A DNA stretch of 50,573 nt from positions 1-50,573 of IMG/VR virus record IMGVR_UViG_3300014656_006075; one strand, written 5' to 3'. The notes below the pieces were generated by a model. The model was given only the letters and a program-made list of their open reading frames with translations. It was not told the origin of the DNA and did not search any database. The translations under genes were made by a program, and so were the position numbers. Numbering within the stretch: the stretch's first letter is position 1; the number at the start of each line of letters is the position of its first letter. The stretch is from a virus. Its lineage: Duplodnaviria; Caudoviricetes. This document shows positions 30,128 through 39,856 of this stretch, piece by piece.

Positions 30128-32335
30128 TTATTTATTATTCATCGTTACTTTATTATTCATTTGCATAGTTCGTTTCTGCATAGCTAACTCGTCATTGAGT
30201 CTAGCTTCATATAGCTGAGAAGCCTTATTGACATCGGATCTGTTTTCATTCAATCCAGTCTTGAACTTCTCCACTTCAACTTTTTTCTCAAGGTGTACAT
30301 TCTCTCTTTGAAGAGTCTGCATGTCACCTTCGAGTTTTTTAATTTGATCCTGAGCTTGCTGTAAGGCTTGCTGCATCTGATTCATTTGTCCAGATCTCTC
30401 AAGCACACCTTCAACGTCAGCTACTTCAGTCTTCATCAGGAATTCTTGCTGATCGATAAGTCCAGCACCATAGAGTTCCTTGTAGTATTCTGCCATAGCC
30501 CATCTGTTTGAAGGAAGCATGGAGCCAGTTACAACTATCAAATCATACGCTCCAACGGTTACGTCATTGATCTTGCCAATAGCATCCCCAAAGTCAGAGT
30601 ACATCGGTTGATTGATTGAAACTTCTCTTGTAGGTAGATTATTAGGCTGAAGAAGTCTTATAGCCCTTGGCTCAGTGTAAACTTTTTGAATCAGGTTGAC
30701 CACTACCTTAGCCAGCGTATTGATTGCACCTTCAATATCATCCCTTTTAGATTTGATTCTTCTTTGACCAAACTCGTCAAGCTGAACAGTCCCTTTGAAT
30801 GTATTTGGAGCTTGTGAAGCGTCACCTTGCTGCATAGCAAAGATTCCCATCATTCTCTCAATCTCATACATTTTATCAGCTTTGTTCTTGTATAACTCAT
30901 TCGGTAAAGCAGGCGGTTGGACCACAATAGGATTACCAATCTCAGCGTTAAATTCGATCACAGCCGTTCCAGCTTTCTGCCATTCCTCTTCGACTTTTTT
31001 CCGATCAACGGAACCTTGCGGAATTAATAATTTGACATTAGTGGAGTTTGAAGCATGCGCTACGATTAGCGATTCAATCTTGTTAATCTGTTCTTGTAAG
31101 CCCTTAACCAACCTCACATCACTCATTGGGTACGGTGTGCGATTATGATGATTCATAATAGTTACTATTGGATAATTGCTTATAGGCATGACTGATTCAT
31201 CGAACAGTACGCCACCAATAGATATAATTCTTTGTATTTTAGTCTGGACTATCTTGTCAGTTAACAGGATACCAGCTTCGATTGCTTTTGACATTGGGAG
31301 AATTACTAATTCGACTGTGGAGCCAGGAATACTATATTGGTTTTCTGGTCCAGGAGCCATTTCAGGTTCGCCAGTTTGAGGATTTTGCTCGTAATGGAAT
31401 ACTCCACCAGTCTGCTCGTAAATTTGTAAAGCCTGCTCGACCTCTTGATCAGCAGTAATCCATTGTTCACCTTCCTGAGAAACTTGTACTAGGCAAGGAT
31501 CTTGTAAAAACTCTTGGAACTCAGCTAAGGAGAATATCCTTTCATTACCAGTCTGTTTATTGAAGACATTAATTTCAGTTACTTTGATTTTGGAATATCT
31601 TTGGAGTGCTTCAGCTTTCTTGTGATAGTTCTCTGTAATAGAGTCTTGGTTTGCAATGTTCCTACCGCTTATCGGCTGATTGCTCTGGAAAGTTTCCTTC
31701 ACAAATTTCAGGAGTTCCTTTTTATCAGGATATATATCTTGGATCTGTTCAAACGAAAGTATTTTTGATATGATTATATGAGCTGCATCCCTGGCGTAAG
31801 GATCTTTACTGTTAGGATCTATGAATACATCAAATGGATCAAGTGATTCAATCATGATCTCACCTTTACCAAATGCTCCATGAGGATCTACGTAAGTAAA
31901 AAGAACACCCATGCCTTTAACGTAATAGTCATCGACTGCTGTTTTAAGATGCATGTTGCCATCAGAACCATTCCAGATGTGAGACATTAGATCTGCAAAT
32001 ACTTTTCCTGTCTTTCTGTCTGAGTCTTCTTTGGCGGTAGCTGAGAAAGCTGGCTTGTTTGCCGTAAGCATTGCCTTTGCGTTCTCAACTGCTGATTCAA
32101 TAACGTTGTGAATTACTGGGGATTGTCTTTTCTGCTTCAGATTAAATATGGCTTTTTTGGAGAGTTGATCGCCTCTACGGAAATCGTCATCTTCTTTCGC
32201 TTTGATATCCCAAGAGCTACGTGAACTACGATAAATTTCAAGTAGCTGCTGAGTTAGTTTTACCTGCTTTGGAGTCTCATAAGCCATTTGGGAGATGTAC
32301 TTCTCCGCACCTTGATTCATATCGTAAATGTTCAC
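30128..32335 (-). CDS. Portal protein (P22-like)
   Basis: 735 aa, DPFDVFIDP, YPMSDVRLVKGLQEQINK, C-terminal coiled-coil barrel. Confidence 0.85.
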   Translation of the reverse strand: MNIYDMNQGAEKYISQMAYETPKQVKLTQQLLEIYRSSRSSWDIKAKEDDDFRRGDQLSKKAIFNLKQKRQSPVIHNVIESAVENAKAMLTANKPAFSATAKEDSDRKTGKVFADLMSHIWNGSDGNMHLKTAVDDYYVKGMGVLFTYVDPHGAFGKGEIMIESLDPFDVFIDPNSKDPYARDAAHIIISKILSFEQIQDIYPDKKELLKFVKETFQSNQPISGRNIANQDSITENYHKKAEALQRYSKIKVTEINVFNKQTGNERIFSLAEFQEFLQDPCLVQVSQEGEQWITADQEVEQALQIYEQTGGVFHYEQNPQTGEPEMAPGPENQYSIPGSTVELVILPMSKAIEAGILLTDKIVQTKIQRIISIGGVLFDESVMPISNYPIVTIMNHHNRTPYPMSDVRLVKGLQEQINKIESLIVAHASNSTNVKLLIPQGSVDRKKVEEEWQKAGTAVIEFNAEIGNPIVVQPPALPNELYKNKADKMYEIERMMGIFAMQQGDASQAPNTFKGTVQLDEFGQRRIKSKRDDIEGAINTLAKVVVNLIQKVYTEPRAIRLLQPNNLPTREVSINQPMYSDFGDAIGKINDVTVGAYDLIVVTGSMLPSNRWAMAEYYKELYGAGLIDQQEFLMKTEVADVEGVLERSGQMNQMQQALQQAQDQIKKLEGDMQTLQRENVHLEKKVEVEKFKTGLNENRSDVNKASQLYEARLNDELAMQKRTMQMNNKVTMNNK

Positions 32336-32379
32336 TACTCACCGTATTATCTAAACATATCATCATCGTATCAGGCAAC

Positions 32380-32408
32380 AATATAAGCCTGTAATCGTGT
32401 TTAAACAA
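32380..32408 (-). promoter_or_regulatory. Weak sigma70-type promoter upstream of portal
   Basis: TTGTTT-N17-TATATT. Confidence 0.45.
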
Positions 32409-32426
32409 TTTATCAGACCTACATCG

Positions 32427-32470
32427 CTACCTGCATTACATTCATTTATTCACATATCTACCTGCATTAC
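32427..32470. repeat. 13-bp direct repeat CTACCTGCATTAC, 31 bp apart
   Basis: Exact copies at 32427-32439 and 32458-32470. Confidence 0.85.
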
Positions 32471-33981
32471 GCCTCTTGCCAGTCATCTTCTACTTGCAAC
32501 TGAATTTCTGACAAATATTTATCCATATCGGGGTTCTTGTTTACTACGCCATGGTAGGGAACATAGAGTCCTTTTACTGCATAGTAGTATCCATCAATAA
32601 GGTCATCATGTTTTCCGCGCGGGAACATCAGGAGTTCATCTTCAAATTCTTGCATCCCTACTTTTAGATACACTTTGCCTTGAGCGAACCTTGGCTGCAA
32701 TGATTCTATACGTTTGGATTTTGCTGTTCTCGGATTATTCTTCAGCTCAAGCCCTGGAATGAATATGCCTTTCTTGATACAGACTTCCTTCAGGTAATCC
32801 CGAAGCATTTCCTGATATCCAGTTGTTTCAATCTGAGTTCTTCTAGGCTTATAGTTATTGTAGTTTACGAGAACCTGTCTACCAACTTCCATTGGTGGAA
32901 CTCGTTTCCTGAAGTAAGGAAGACAATAGACATTCTGAGATCTGTCTACTGCTATTGGAAATATTACAGAGTAATCCGCTGACTGCTGAATTGAGCTTGC
33001 TGGATCTACGCCCATGAATACATTAACAGGAACTATCTTATTGACTGATCCTTCACCTTTCAAGTAGGTTATGTTCAGGTAAGCATCATCACCCCTGTAT
33101 TCAAGAGTTCCATCCCAATGCTTAATGTAGTCTTCTCTGAAGAGCTGATCTTCATCACCAATAATCTGACACATCCGTTCCTTGTAGAATACAGATACCT
33201 TTCCGATTATTTCCAGATCCGCTTTCTCAGCCAGTAGTTCTTCGACTGATTTCATTTCAGCCCATAATGAAACCGTTTCACCATCTTCATTTTCATAGAG
33301 ATAGCTGTAATGTTTCGTTACCCAACGCTTCATCATTTGGAGCTGCATAATGATGGATCTTTCGTTGAGCGGAGTTCCGATAACGATCATACGACCTCTA
33401 TCAGCATCGAGAGCAGGCACAGCAGCTTGTAGGAGCCACTTGAAGTTATTCTCCATACCTTCTTTCGTCTTCGTATTGTTCTCGTCTTCGGGGTCATCCA
33501 GGATAATCAGAGTTGGTCTTTGTCCACCTATGTTCATCCCTCGAAGCATCTGTCCCATACCTTTGCAGATAATTGCAGATCCATCCTTCAGGACAATTTC
33601 AGTAGAAGTCCATTTCTTAGCTGACTGCACTCCCCAGTAGCCAAACAGTTGTCTGAAGTTTTGATTGTAGTCGAGAATGTCTTTAATGGTTTGTAGGATA
33701 TTAATCGCGTGACCTTGCGTTCGGGATACAATGATGATTACTTTTTTATCACGTCCGAACATCAGGTGATGGATTATATTAAGAATTGCTACTAAGGTAG
33801 TTTTTGCAGATCCGCGGGGAGCAATGATATTCAGGAACTTGATAGAAGTATCAAGAATGAGATCTGAAAGTTCATAGTGAAATGCTGGTGAAGGTTTGGT
33901 TACTGCTTGAGCAAAGATAGCTTTACCCAATAGCACCAATGATCCCTTCAATTTCTGAAGTATTTCCAACTTTGTTGACAT
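32467..33981 (-). CDS. terL: Terminase large subunit
   Basis: APRGSAKTT Walker A, IILDDPE Walker B, VIGTP, nuclease GVDPA...DYS, HDDLID. Confidence 0.95.
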   Translation of the reverse strand: MSTKLEILQKLKGSLVLLGKAIFAQAVTKPSPAFHYELSDLILDTSIKFLNIIAPRGSAKTTLVAILNIIHHLMFGRDKKVIIIVSRTQGHAINILQTIKDILDYNQNFRQLFGYWGVQSAKKWTSTEIVLKDGSAIICKGMGQMLRGMNIGGQRPTLIILDDPEDENNTKTKEGMENNFKWLLQAAVPALDADRGRMIVIGTPLNERSIIMQLQMMKRWVTKHYSYLYENEDGETVSLWAEMKSVEELLAEKADLEIIGKVSVFYKERMCQIIGDEDQLFREDYIKHWDGTLEYRGDDAYLNITYLKGEGSVNKIVPVNVFMGVDPASSIQQSADYSVIFPIAVDRSQNVYCLPYFRKRVPPMEVGRQVLVNYNNYKPRRTQIETTGYQEMLRDYLKEVCIKKGIFIPGLELKNNPRTAKSKRIESLQPRFAQGKVYLKVGMQEFEDELLMFPRGKHDDLIDGYYYAVKGLYVPYHGVVNKNPDMDKYLSEIQLQVEDDWQEA

Positions 33982-34034
33982 AAGTGTACCTATGCTGTGA
34001 TTAAAATCTCAGCACCACGTACCCATATGTTTTG

Positions 34035-34069
34035 AAAAAGGGCATACCCTAAACTCAGGATATACCCTT
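34035..34069 (-). terminator. Intrinsic terminator upstream of terL
   Basis: AAGGGUAUAUCCU...AGGGUAUGCCCUU hairpin running into a U-tract. Confidence 0.65.
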
Positions 34070-34094
34070 GTACTTTCTCTTTGACAGAGTGAAA

Positions 34095-34397
34095 CTATCT
34101 TGCCATTGTTTCCCCGAACAGCTCTAGGAATTCAGCAGCAATCCCAACCTGAAGTTCACCAAGACGTACAACTGTATCTTTGTTATCCAGGATTTTATTA
34201 ATGTCATAATTGCTAAGGTCTTCACGTATATCTTGGATCTTAGCTGTTGCATCGATCTTTTTGTTCTCAGCATCATCCCAGGCTGATTCCAAACGTCTTT
34301 TGAGTTTGTTCTTAACCAATGGAGCTTTCATTGATTTCCTTAACTCGTCAGTTGCGTTATAGATTGTTTCGAATATGCCTGCTTTCTTTTCTGCCAT
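34095..34397 (-). CDS. Hypothetical coiled-coil protein
   Basis: 100-aa ORF with AGGAG. Confidence 0.7.
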   Translation of the reverse strand: MAEKKAGIFETIYNATDELRKSMKAPLVKNKLKRRLESAWDDAENKKIDATAKIQDIREDLSNYDINKILDNKDTVVRLGELQVGIAAEFLELFGETMAR

Positions 34398-34408
34398 CTG
34401 TACTTCTC

Positions 34409-34996
34409 CTATGAGTTTTGATCTAAATGTATTTGTTTTGTTTTAAGTAAATTCGTGTTAAGTGTTACTTTGTCAGGATCATGGTTCGGTTCTGGATCGT
34501 CAATGATCCACTTAAAAGGTTTTTCTCCTTGTATCTGTCCAGTAAGCATTGTCTGAGCATACAGTTTGTCTTGTACTCTATCCCAGTCTTTACTGCCTTC
34601 GTATCTAGCTCCTCGTCTGCTTTTGAATGTACGTCCTCTCCTTTCTTCAGAGATTACAAAATCCTCGATATCCTCATGAGTTATCTGCCTGCCAAATCCT
34701 ACATGCCGTTTTATCGATTCTATATCCATATCACTTAATCCCATATCAAAGGCGTACTTATTCGGGGGGTTTAGCTGATCGTACATCTGCTTGTGAGATA
34801 GATTTGTCTTGGAAGGAACTGCATGGTCAACTCCATAAGCAACTTTATATCCTGAACCTAACGAACCAGCCAGATACCCAGCTGTTGCCCTTCGAGCAGC
34901 TTCAGCCATCATAGTTTCATGTTCACTCTTACGTTTCAATTCTTCAGGAGAATAGACATCGAAAAAGGATTTTCTATCTCCCCAATTATTAGCCAT
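34409..34996 (-). CDS. Hypothetical protein
   Basis: 195-aa ORF, translationally coupled. Confidence 0.65.
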   Translation of the reverse strand: MANNWGDRKSFFDVYSPEELKRKSEHETMMAEAARRATAGYLAGSLGSGYKVAYGVDHAVPSKTNLSHKQMYDQLNPPNKYAFDMGLSDMDIESIKRHVGFGRQITHEDIEDFVISEERRGRTFKSRRGARYEGSKDWDRVQDKLYAQTMLTGQIQGEKPFKWIIDDPEPNHDPDKVTLNTNLLKTKQIHLDQNS

Positions 34997-35208
34997 TAGA
35001 TCTTGCCTATGAATCTCGTGGGTTCATCACCTGAGATCCCGCCAAACAAGTTGTTATGAAACTTAAACTTGGTAGGGAAGAGTTGTCTTTCCATTACTTT
35101 ACTACATTCAGGGCAAAGGACTTCAGGATCTTCAGCCATTGGGTGTTTAACATTCATCTGATTCCCGCATCCACCTTTACTAAAAAAACATCTATAATCG
35201 TATGTCAT
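34996..35208 (-). CDS. FmdB-like zinc-ribbon protein
   Basis: MTYDYRC...CG...CPECSKVMER. Confidence 0.75.
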   Translation of the reverse strand: MTYDYRCFFSKGGCGNQMNVKHPMAEDPEVLCPECSKVMERQLFPTKFKFHNNLFGGISGDEPTRFIGKI

Positions 35209-35360
35209 TTCGCATCCCCTTTTAATATCACAGGACCACGTTCGTAGAATTTACAAGCCATTACTTTTGCATCCTTAGTCTGCTTACATATTTGAGAGCA
35301 GCTTTGACATTTGCCAGCAAATAAATGCTTATTAGTTTCGTAAAAACCAGTCTTCTCCAC
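35205..35360 (-). CDS. Small Cys-rich protein (51 aa)
   Basis: Hand-translated from GTG: EKTGFYE...CQSCSQICKQ...CKFYE; fills operon gap with overlaps at both ends. Confidence 0.6.
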   Translation of the reverse strand: MEKTGFYETNKHLFAGKCQSCSQICKQTKDAKVMACKFYERGPVILKGDAK

Positions 35361-35623
35361 TAAGCTATCCTCGTTACCTGTTTACGTACTTTGAATATCT
35401 CCCAGAACCATCTGTCCAGGTCGAACTCCATCATGTCAACTCTTGTCTTTGGATCAAACTTGAATTCATTCTGAAGATCCTGTAACTCTTTTACAAACTG
35501 ATCAGAGTGTTTGACCTTCCATACTTTTCTATTCCAGTCAAAGGATCTTAGCTCTTTTGGTAACGCTTTAATTAATTCGTTGACCTTGTGTCCAAGACCG
35601 TAATTCCAATCAGTCTTCTCCAC
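35360..35623 (-). CDS. Hypothetical protein
   Basis: In ORF 35360..35767; start probably GTG 35623; LPKELRSFDWNRKVWKV. Confidence 0.6.
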   Translation of the reverse strand: MEKTDWNYGLGHKVNELIKALPKELRSFDWNRKVWKVKHSDQFVKELQDLQNEFKFDPKTRVDMMEFDLDRWFWEIFKVRKQVTRIA

Positions 35624-36446
35624 TTCCACTATCAACCAGTTCAGCATTTGGGATACTATCATTGTTCTTCTCCAATAAAGGTTTTTCAGTACTCTTTTCG
35701 ATCTTGATTCTTCTTTCGTCCTCGACACCTTCTGAAAGCTGTTTCCAGGAGAATTCTTCAGATTCAACCGACTTCACTATCCTGTCATTCAAGCCTAGAT
35801 AGTGATCAAACTTATCAAGGGCTACTGTCATATCTTTTGCGTTTCCACCCTTCTCAGCTATCTCAACTGCCTTGATTCTCTTTTCAATGAGCCAGGTCTT
35901 ATCTGCCCCTTTATCACTAAGGACTACACTTAATTCTTTATCAACCATAGCTTTAACTTCCTCTGTTTTGAACAATCTTCTTACCGTTGCAGCTGCTATG
36001 TATTGATCGGGTCGATAAGCCTGACCTAATCTATTCCAGTCAATAGCACCCGCAAGCATCATTTGAACATAAACCTTTACAGTATTTCGGGTCCTAAGCC
36101 TGTTAGCTTCAGCAACTTGCCAGCTATGAGCTTTCTGGTAGTTCCATGAGTTGTATAACAGATTCTCAAGGAAATCCAGCTTAACCTTTGTACTCACAAA
36201 CCTTCTTCCGAAAGCAGTCTGGACTTGTTTATTCGGACGGCGTCTGTGCCTTGGTGTATAGAGCTTAACCATTAACAGTTCACCAACCCATCCGTCATCC
36301 GATAAAGCCCAAATCTGCCCTACATCTTCAGCATCACATTCTTTCCAGTACTTGTACGGTATCTTGAGATCATCAGCTTCATGCTGCTCATAGATCTTAA
36401 ATTCCTTAGTTCCTTCTTTTGCCAGCTTCCGTATTATCGTTTCCAT
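35610..36446 (-). CDS. Hypothetical protein, candidate terminase small subunit
   Basis: C-terminal helical HTH-like/oligomerisation pattern; upstream of terL; function inferred from position only. Confidence 0.45.
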   Translation of the reverse strand: METIIRKLAKEGTKEFKIYEQHEADDLKIPYKYWKECDAEDVGQIWALSDDGWVGELLMVKLYTPRHRRRPNKQVQTAFGRRFVSTKVKLDFLENLLYNSWNYQKAHSWQVAEANRLRTRNTVKVYVQMMLAGAIDWNRLGQAYRPDQYIAAATVRRLFKTEEVKAMVDKELSVVLSDKGADKTWLIEKRIKAVEIAEKGGNAKDMTVALDKFDHYLGLNDRIVKSVESEEFSWKQLSEGVEDERRIKIEKSTEKPLLEKNNDSIPNAELVDSGSGED

Positions 36447-36711
36447 TTTTCATCAACTCCTGAATATCCTTATCTGTCAGAATGTAGATTTCGGAAGAAA
36501 ATGTCGTGCTATGGTCATCGTTCTTGGTCTTTTTTAGAGTCCAAGCCAATCGAGCAATTTTTTCAGAGAACAGTTGTACTACTTGTTTCTTGGCAAACTC
36601 AGTGGCCATCTTCTCACTTCTGAAAAGGTTAGTTCTTAAATTAAGGTCCACCTTCACTTTTGCTTTTGCCAGTAACTCTTCCATTTGCTTTGTCATCGTG
36701 TCTATCCGCAT
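36406..36711 (-). CDS. Hypothetical protein
   Basis: 101-aa ORF in operon. Confidence 0.6.
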   Translation of the reverse strand: MRIDTMTKQMEELLAKAKVKVDLNLRTNLFRSEKMATEFAKKQVVQLFSEKIARLAWTLKKTKNDDHSTTFSSEIYILTDKDIQELMKNGNDNTEAGKRRN

Positions 36712-36752
36712 CCATCATATTATCATTTATAAAATTCATCGTCATCATCGTT

Positions 36753-37307
36753 CTAGTTTAATTGTTCGCGTCTTACAACTTTTAGTTCTTTTGCAACTTT
36801 TGGGTTAGCCTTAAACTGAACACTTGCATCAATAGCTTTTGATAGTAATCCAAAGGCTTCATCATGAGCAGGGGATTTGTCAACTTCCATTAGAGCTGTG
36901 TATTGTTCAAGGTACGGCTTGGTTAAAAGGTCAGTGTCAATTGCTGCAGAAATAAGACATCCCAAAATATCATTAGAAAAGTCTTCCTCATAAGCTGATT
37001 CTTTCTGCTCCAGGATAACCTCACCCAGTTTCCTTTTAATGCGCGTAAGATCCTTCTCCATCTTGGAAGCAGGGGAGAGTTTCAATGCTCCGATGTCAGC
37101 CTGCATAGCTTTAAGGGTTTCTGTCAGTGAGGCTATCCTGGTATCAACCTGTTTGCTTCTTAAATCCAAAGTTTCAGCAAAGGCGACAGTCATTTTGAGG
37201 CTATTAGCGAAGGAATTCGTGGATACTTTATCAAGCTTGGCTTGAAATTCAGTTCGTAGGTCTTCTTTGACTTTCTCAAGTCTGGTTTTAGTTACTAAGT
37301 TAAACAT
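36753..37307 (-). CDS. Coiled-coil hypothetical protein, first gene of the leftward arm
   Basis: 184 aa; RBS is AATGGAGTGCGAACCTT-ATG. Confidence 0.75.
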   Translation of the reverse strand: MFNLVTKTRLEKVKEDLRTEFQAKLDKVSTNSFANSLKMTVAFAETLDLRSKQVDTRIASLTETLKAMQADIGALKLSPASKMEKDLTRIKRKLGEVILEQKESAYEEDFSNDILGCLISAAIDTDLLTKPYLEQYTALMEVDKSPAHDEAFGLLSKAIDASVQFKANPKVAKELKVVRREQLN

Positions 37308-37510
37308 AAGGTTCGCACTCCATTAGTTTAGGTTAAAACTTTTATATATGGCTTTGAAAAGGAGGCGGGGAACAGGACAGAATGAAGATCCTATCCCCCT
37401 GTTTTGCTTGAGGTAACCAACCAACTAATCAATGTCTATGTCAATCGTACAGTTAATAAAAAACTTTAAGCAATCCATATAAAACTATATAAATAAATCA
37501 CTTGAAAATA

Positions 37511-37539
37511 AATGTAGACAACAGATACAGGTAATGCAA
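37511..37539 (-). promoter_or_regulatory. sigma70-type promoter for the leftward arm
   Basis: TTGCAT-N17-TACATT. Confidence 0.6.
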
Positions 37540-37969
37540 GTGAAAAGGTACGTCTATCCTAAAAAAATTACTTAGCTAACCAGATCCATGTAAACAAGTT
37601 GGGTTACAGGGTCGGAATTCCCGTTGAGATCCTGACAATATAGCCAGTAGCAGACAAGAAGTGACAAAGTGAGGGGAAATAGTAGGGTTACAGGGTGGGT
37701 GTGGCAAGGGTAGTCATCTCAGGGATCACAGTAGGGTGCTCCTACCTGCATAACATCTGAAAAATTATAATATAGTGGGGGTGGGTGATATACAGGTTAT
37801 CCCGACCCTTGCCAGAAAGGGTGTACGGGGTCGCAATCCGTTGAAATTTCCGTTGTAGCCCACAGGTTAGCTGCTTGGATCATGGCAAGGCTCAGTCCCT
37901 AGCAACTGGCGTTGCCTTGCTTCATATCAACGCTCAATTCATTTAATCATTTATACTAAGGAGTATATC

Positions 37970-38311
37970 ATGGCTTTGATTACTAAGTGTACCAACCCAG
38001 CTAAACAGTATCTATCTAAGAAGAACAAGTGGAAGGTTGTACAGGACTCTGAAGAGAACACTGTCTACAATACTAGACGTGTCAGAATGTCCTTCGATGA
38101 TCATGTAGCCATTCATGAGACTGTAATGGGTTCCAAATTGTTAGCTTTAGCAGCTGAACTGGACAATCCAAAGGTCGTTATCAATAAGGATGCAGAGTAT
38201 TCATTAGTCCATAACAAGGATGGTGATAAGTTTCATAGAACATCTGAAGCTGGCTCTAAGTTTACTGTCCTTACATATACACAGCGCACTACTGCACAAG
38301 TTGAGTGGTAA
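37970..38311 (+). CDS. Hypothetical early protein
   Basis: 113 aa, AAGGAG RBS. Confidence 0.75.
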   Translation: MALITKCTNPAKQYLSKKNKWKVVQDSEENTVYNTRRVRMSFDDHVAIHETVMGSKLLALAAELDNPKVVINKDAEYSLVHNKDGDKFHRTSEAGSKFTVLTYTQRTTAQVEW

Positions 38312-38447
38312 CTATAAAGGGGTGTTCCAATACGGAGCATCCCAACTCATATGTTCACTACACCCTCAAGCAGTATCCATGAATTAATCCCAGCAATACC
38401 AGCGTAATGCCAGTAACCCAAATAACGATCATCCAACGGAGAATACA

Positions 38448-38696
38448 ATGTACCCAAACTATTTAATTAGACTTAGTGAGTGGATAACTATCCGCGCACA
38501 AAGAGGACTCAGTGCAGGTATTTTAGCTCAGGCTAGAGACCTATTAACATTAGCAGATGAACCCAGTTTACCAAATGTCATGCTCCAATCAATGAAACAG
38601 GATGTAATGACTCAGCTGATTAACTGGCGGTCAGAGTTCTCAGAAACAAATGAAATTGACTTCCTCATAGGTGAGGTAAGCAGGAGTTTACAGTAA
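38448..38696 (+). CDS. Hypothetical early protein
   Basis: 82 aa, GGAG RBS, hairpin downstream. Confidence 0.7.
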   Translation: MYPNYLIRLSEWITIRAQRGLSAGILAQARDLLTLADEPSLPNVMLQSMKQDVMTQLINWRSEFSETNEIDFLIGEVSRSLQ

Positions 38697-38818
38697 TACT
38701 CCTTGGATAACCCCCTGTAACCCAGCAATGGAGCAGGGGAGTTTATTTAATTAACCAGGACATGCATGACATTTTAACTATGCCATAATAATAATGGACT
38801 CTTGATTGAGTCCCGCTG

Positions 38819-39025
38819 TTAATTCAGGCATATGTCCAATTTTATTAATAACTCACGTACTTCAGCAGTATTCGGAAGCCATAAGGCTCCTTTATTCCAG
38901 TGTCCATGCTTGGATACAAGGTCTAATGTCTGTCTGAAGTCTCTTTTGCCTTTATTATAGTCAGCGGGGTAAGGTCTGAGGATAGTATATTCATTACTAT
39001 TCAAGATTGCTCTTGTAGTGATCAT
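38819..39025 (-). CDS. Counter-oriented 68-aa protein with its own promoter
   Basis: RBS AATGGAGTGCGACC-ATG; promoter at 39065-39093; hairpin GGACTC/GAGTCC after the stop. Confidence 0.75.
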   Translation of the reverse strand: MITTRAILNSNEYTILRPYPADYNKGKRDFRQTLDLVSKHGHWNKGALWLPNTAEVRELLIKLDICLN

Positions 39026-39064
39026 GGTCGCACTCCATTATTGTATCCAGGGAAATAGAACTTA

Positions 39065-39093
39065 AAGTTATTACAGAAAAGCAGTTAAGTCAA
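39065..39093 (-). promoter_or_regulatory. sigma70-type promoter
   Basis: TTGACT-N17-TAACTT. Confidence 0.6.
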
Positions 39094-39154
39094 GTCATTT
39101 AAAGTAGTTTGTCACATAGGCAGACATTTTGACAATAAGTCATAGGAGCATTAC

Positions 39155-39412
39155 ATGGAAAGGTTTGCAGTTGTGTTATTACTGGTAACAAATTATGCAG
39201 ATTATCTGACAGCAGTAACATTTTCAAGAGGGTTAGGTAATTGCTGGTTTCTCAGCTTTGAACGTGATCCGATAAGCGTTGTATTTGATCTCTTTGCTGA
39301 TGGACATATCACACCTTCAGTTAATGGTAATCGGATGTCAGATCTTTCAATTGATGAAGTAGAAGAATATTTAACCAGGACACTTGGTATCCCTGTATCC
39401 AAGACAGGATAA
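39155..39412 (+). CDS. Hypothetical protein
   Basis: 85 aa, AGGAG RBS. Confidence 0.6.
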   Translation: MERFAVVLLLVTNYADYLTAVTFSRGLGNCWFLSFERDPISVVFDLFADGHITPSVNGNRMSDLSIDEVEEYLTRTLGIPVSKTG

Positions 39413-39449
39413 TTTGGAACTAAGACCTTTTTGAATAAGTTGATTAAAA

Positions 39450-39752
39450 ATGATCAAAGGCAGAATAATTCTATTTAGCAGCAACTCTGACGTTGACTCC
39501 TTCCTCACTAATAACTGTTTCGATTGCGGAAGAGTATTCCACGATCCAATACATCTAGCGAACGAAAAGTCAGAATTCAAATGCGCTTTACTCGAACAAT
39601 TATCAACAAAGAACCTTAAAGAGTCTGTTATCTCACGAGAGAACCTTCACTGTTCTGCCCCAATAGCATTAGCCAAAGAGTATGGGTTCAAGCCCTTCAA
39701 GCATTGGAAATGTGTTAAAAGAACTCCTAGGGACAATCTATCAGCCAAGTAA
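39450..39752 (+). CDS. Hypothetical Cys-rich protein
   Basis: NNCFDC...C...C pattern. Confidence 0.6.
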   Translation: MIKGRIILFSSNSDVDSFLTNNCFDCGRVFHDPIHLANEKSEFKCALLEQLSTKNLKESVISRENLHCSAPIALAKEYGFKPFKHWKCVKRTPRDNLSAK

Positions 39753-39827
39753 TCGGATACAGAGGTCTTATGTATTTTGAATTAATTTCATGCGTAGAAA
39801 TGTAAACTTAACATAAATTAATCAACA

Positions 39828-39856
39828 TTGCAACTTAATTAATTAAGACATATTAT
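39828..39856 (+). promoter_or_regulatory. sigma70-type promoter
   Basis: TTGCAA-N17-TATTAT. Confidence 0.6.

Noticed and set aside
35209-35218. GGGATGCGAA before the zinc-ribbon gene as an sRNA target
   Set aside because: Two core differences; too weak to count
38724-38733. AGCAATGGAG in a hairpin loop, complementary to the 3' side of the sRNA loop
   Set aside because: Lacks the TGCGA core; single instance, left as unproven
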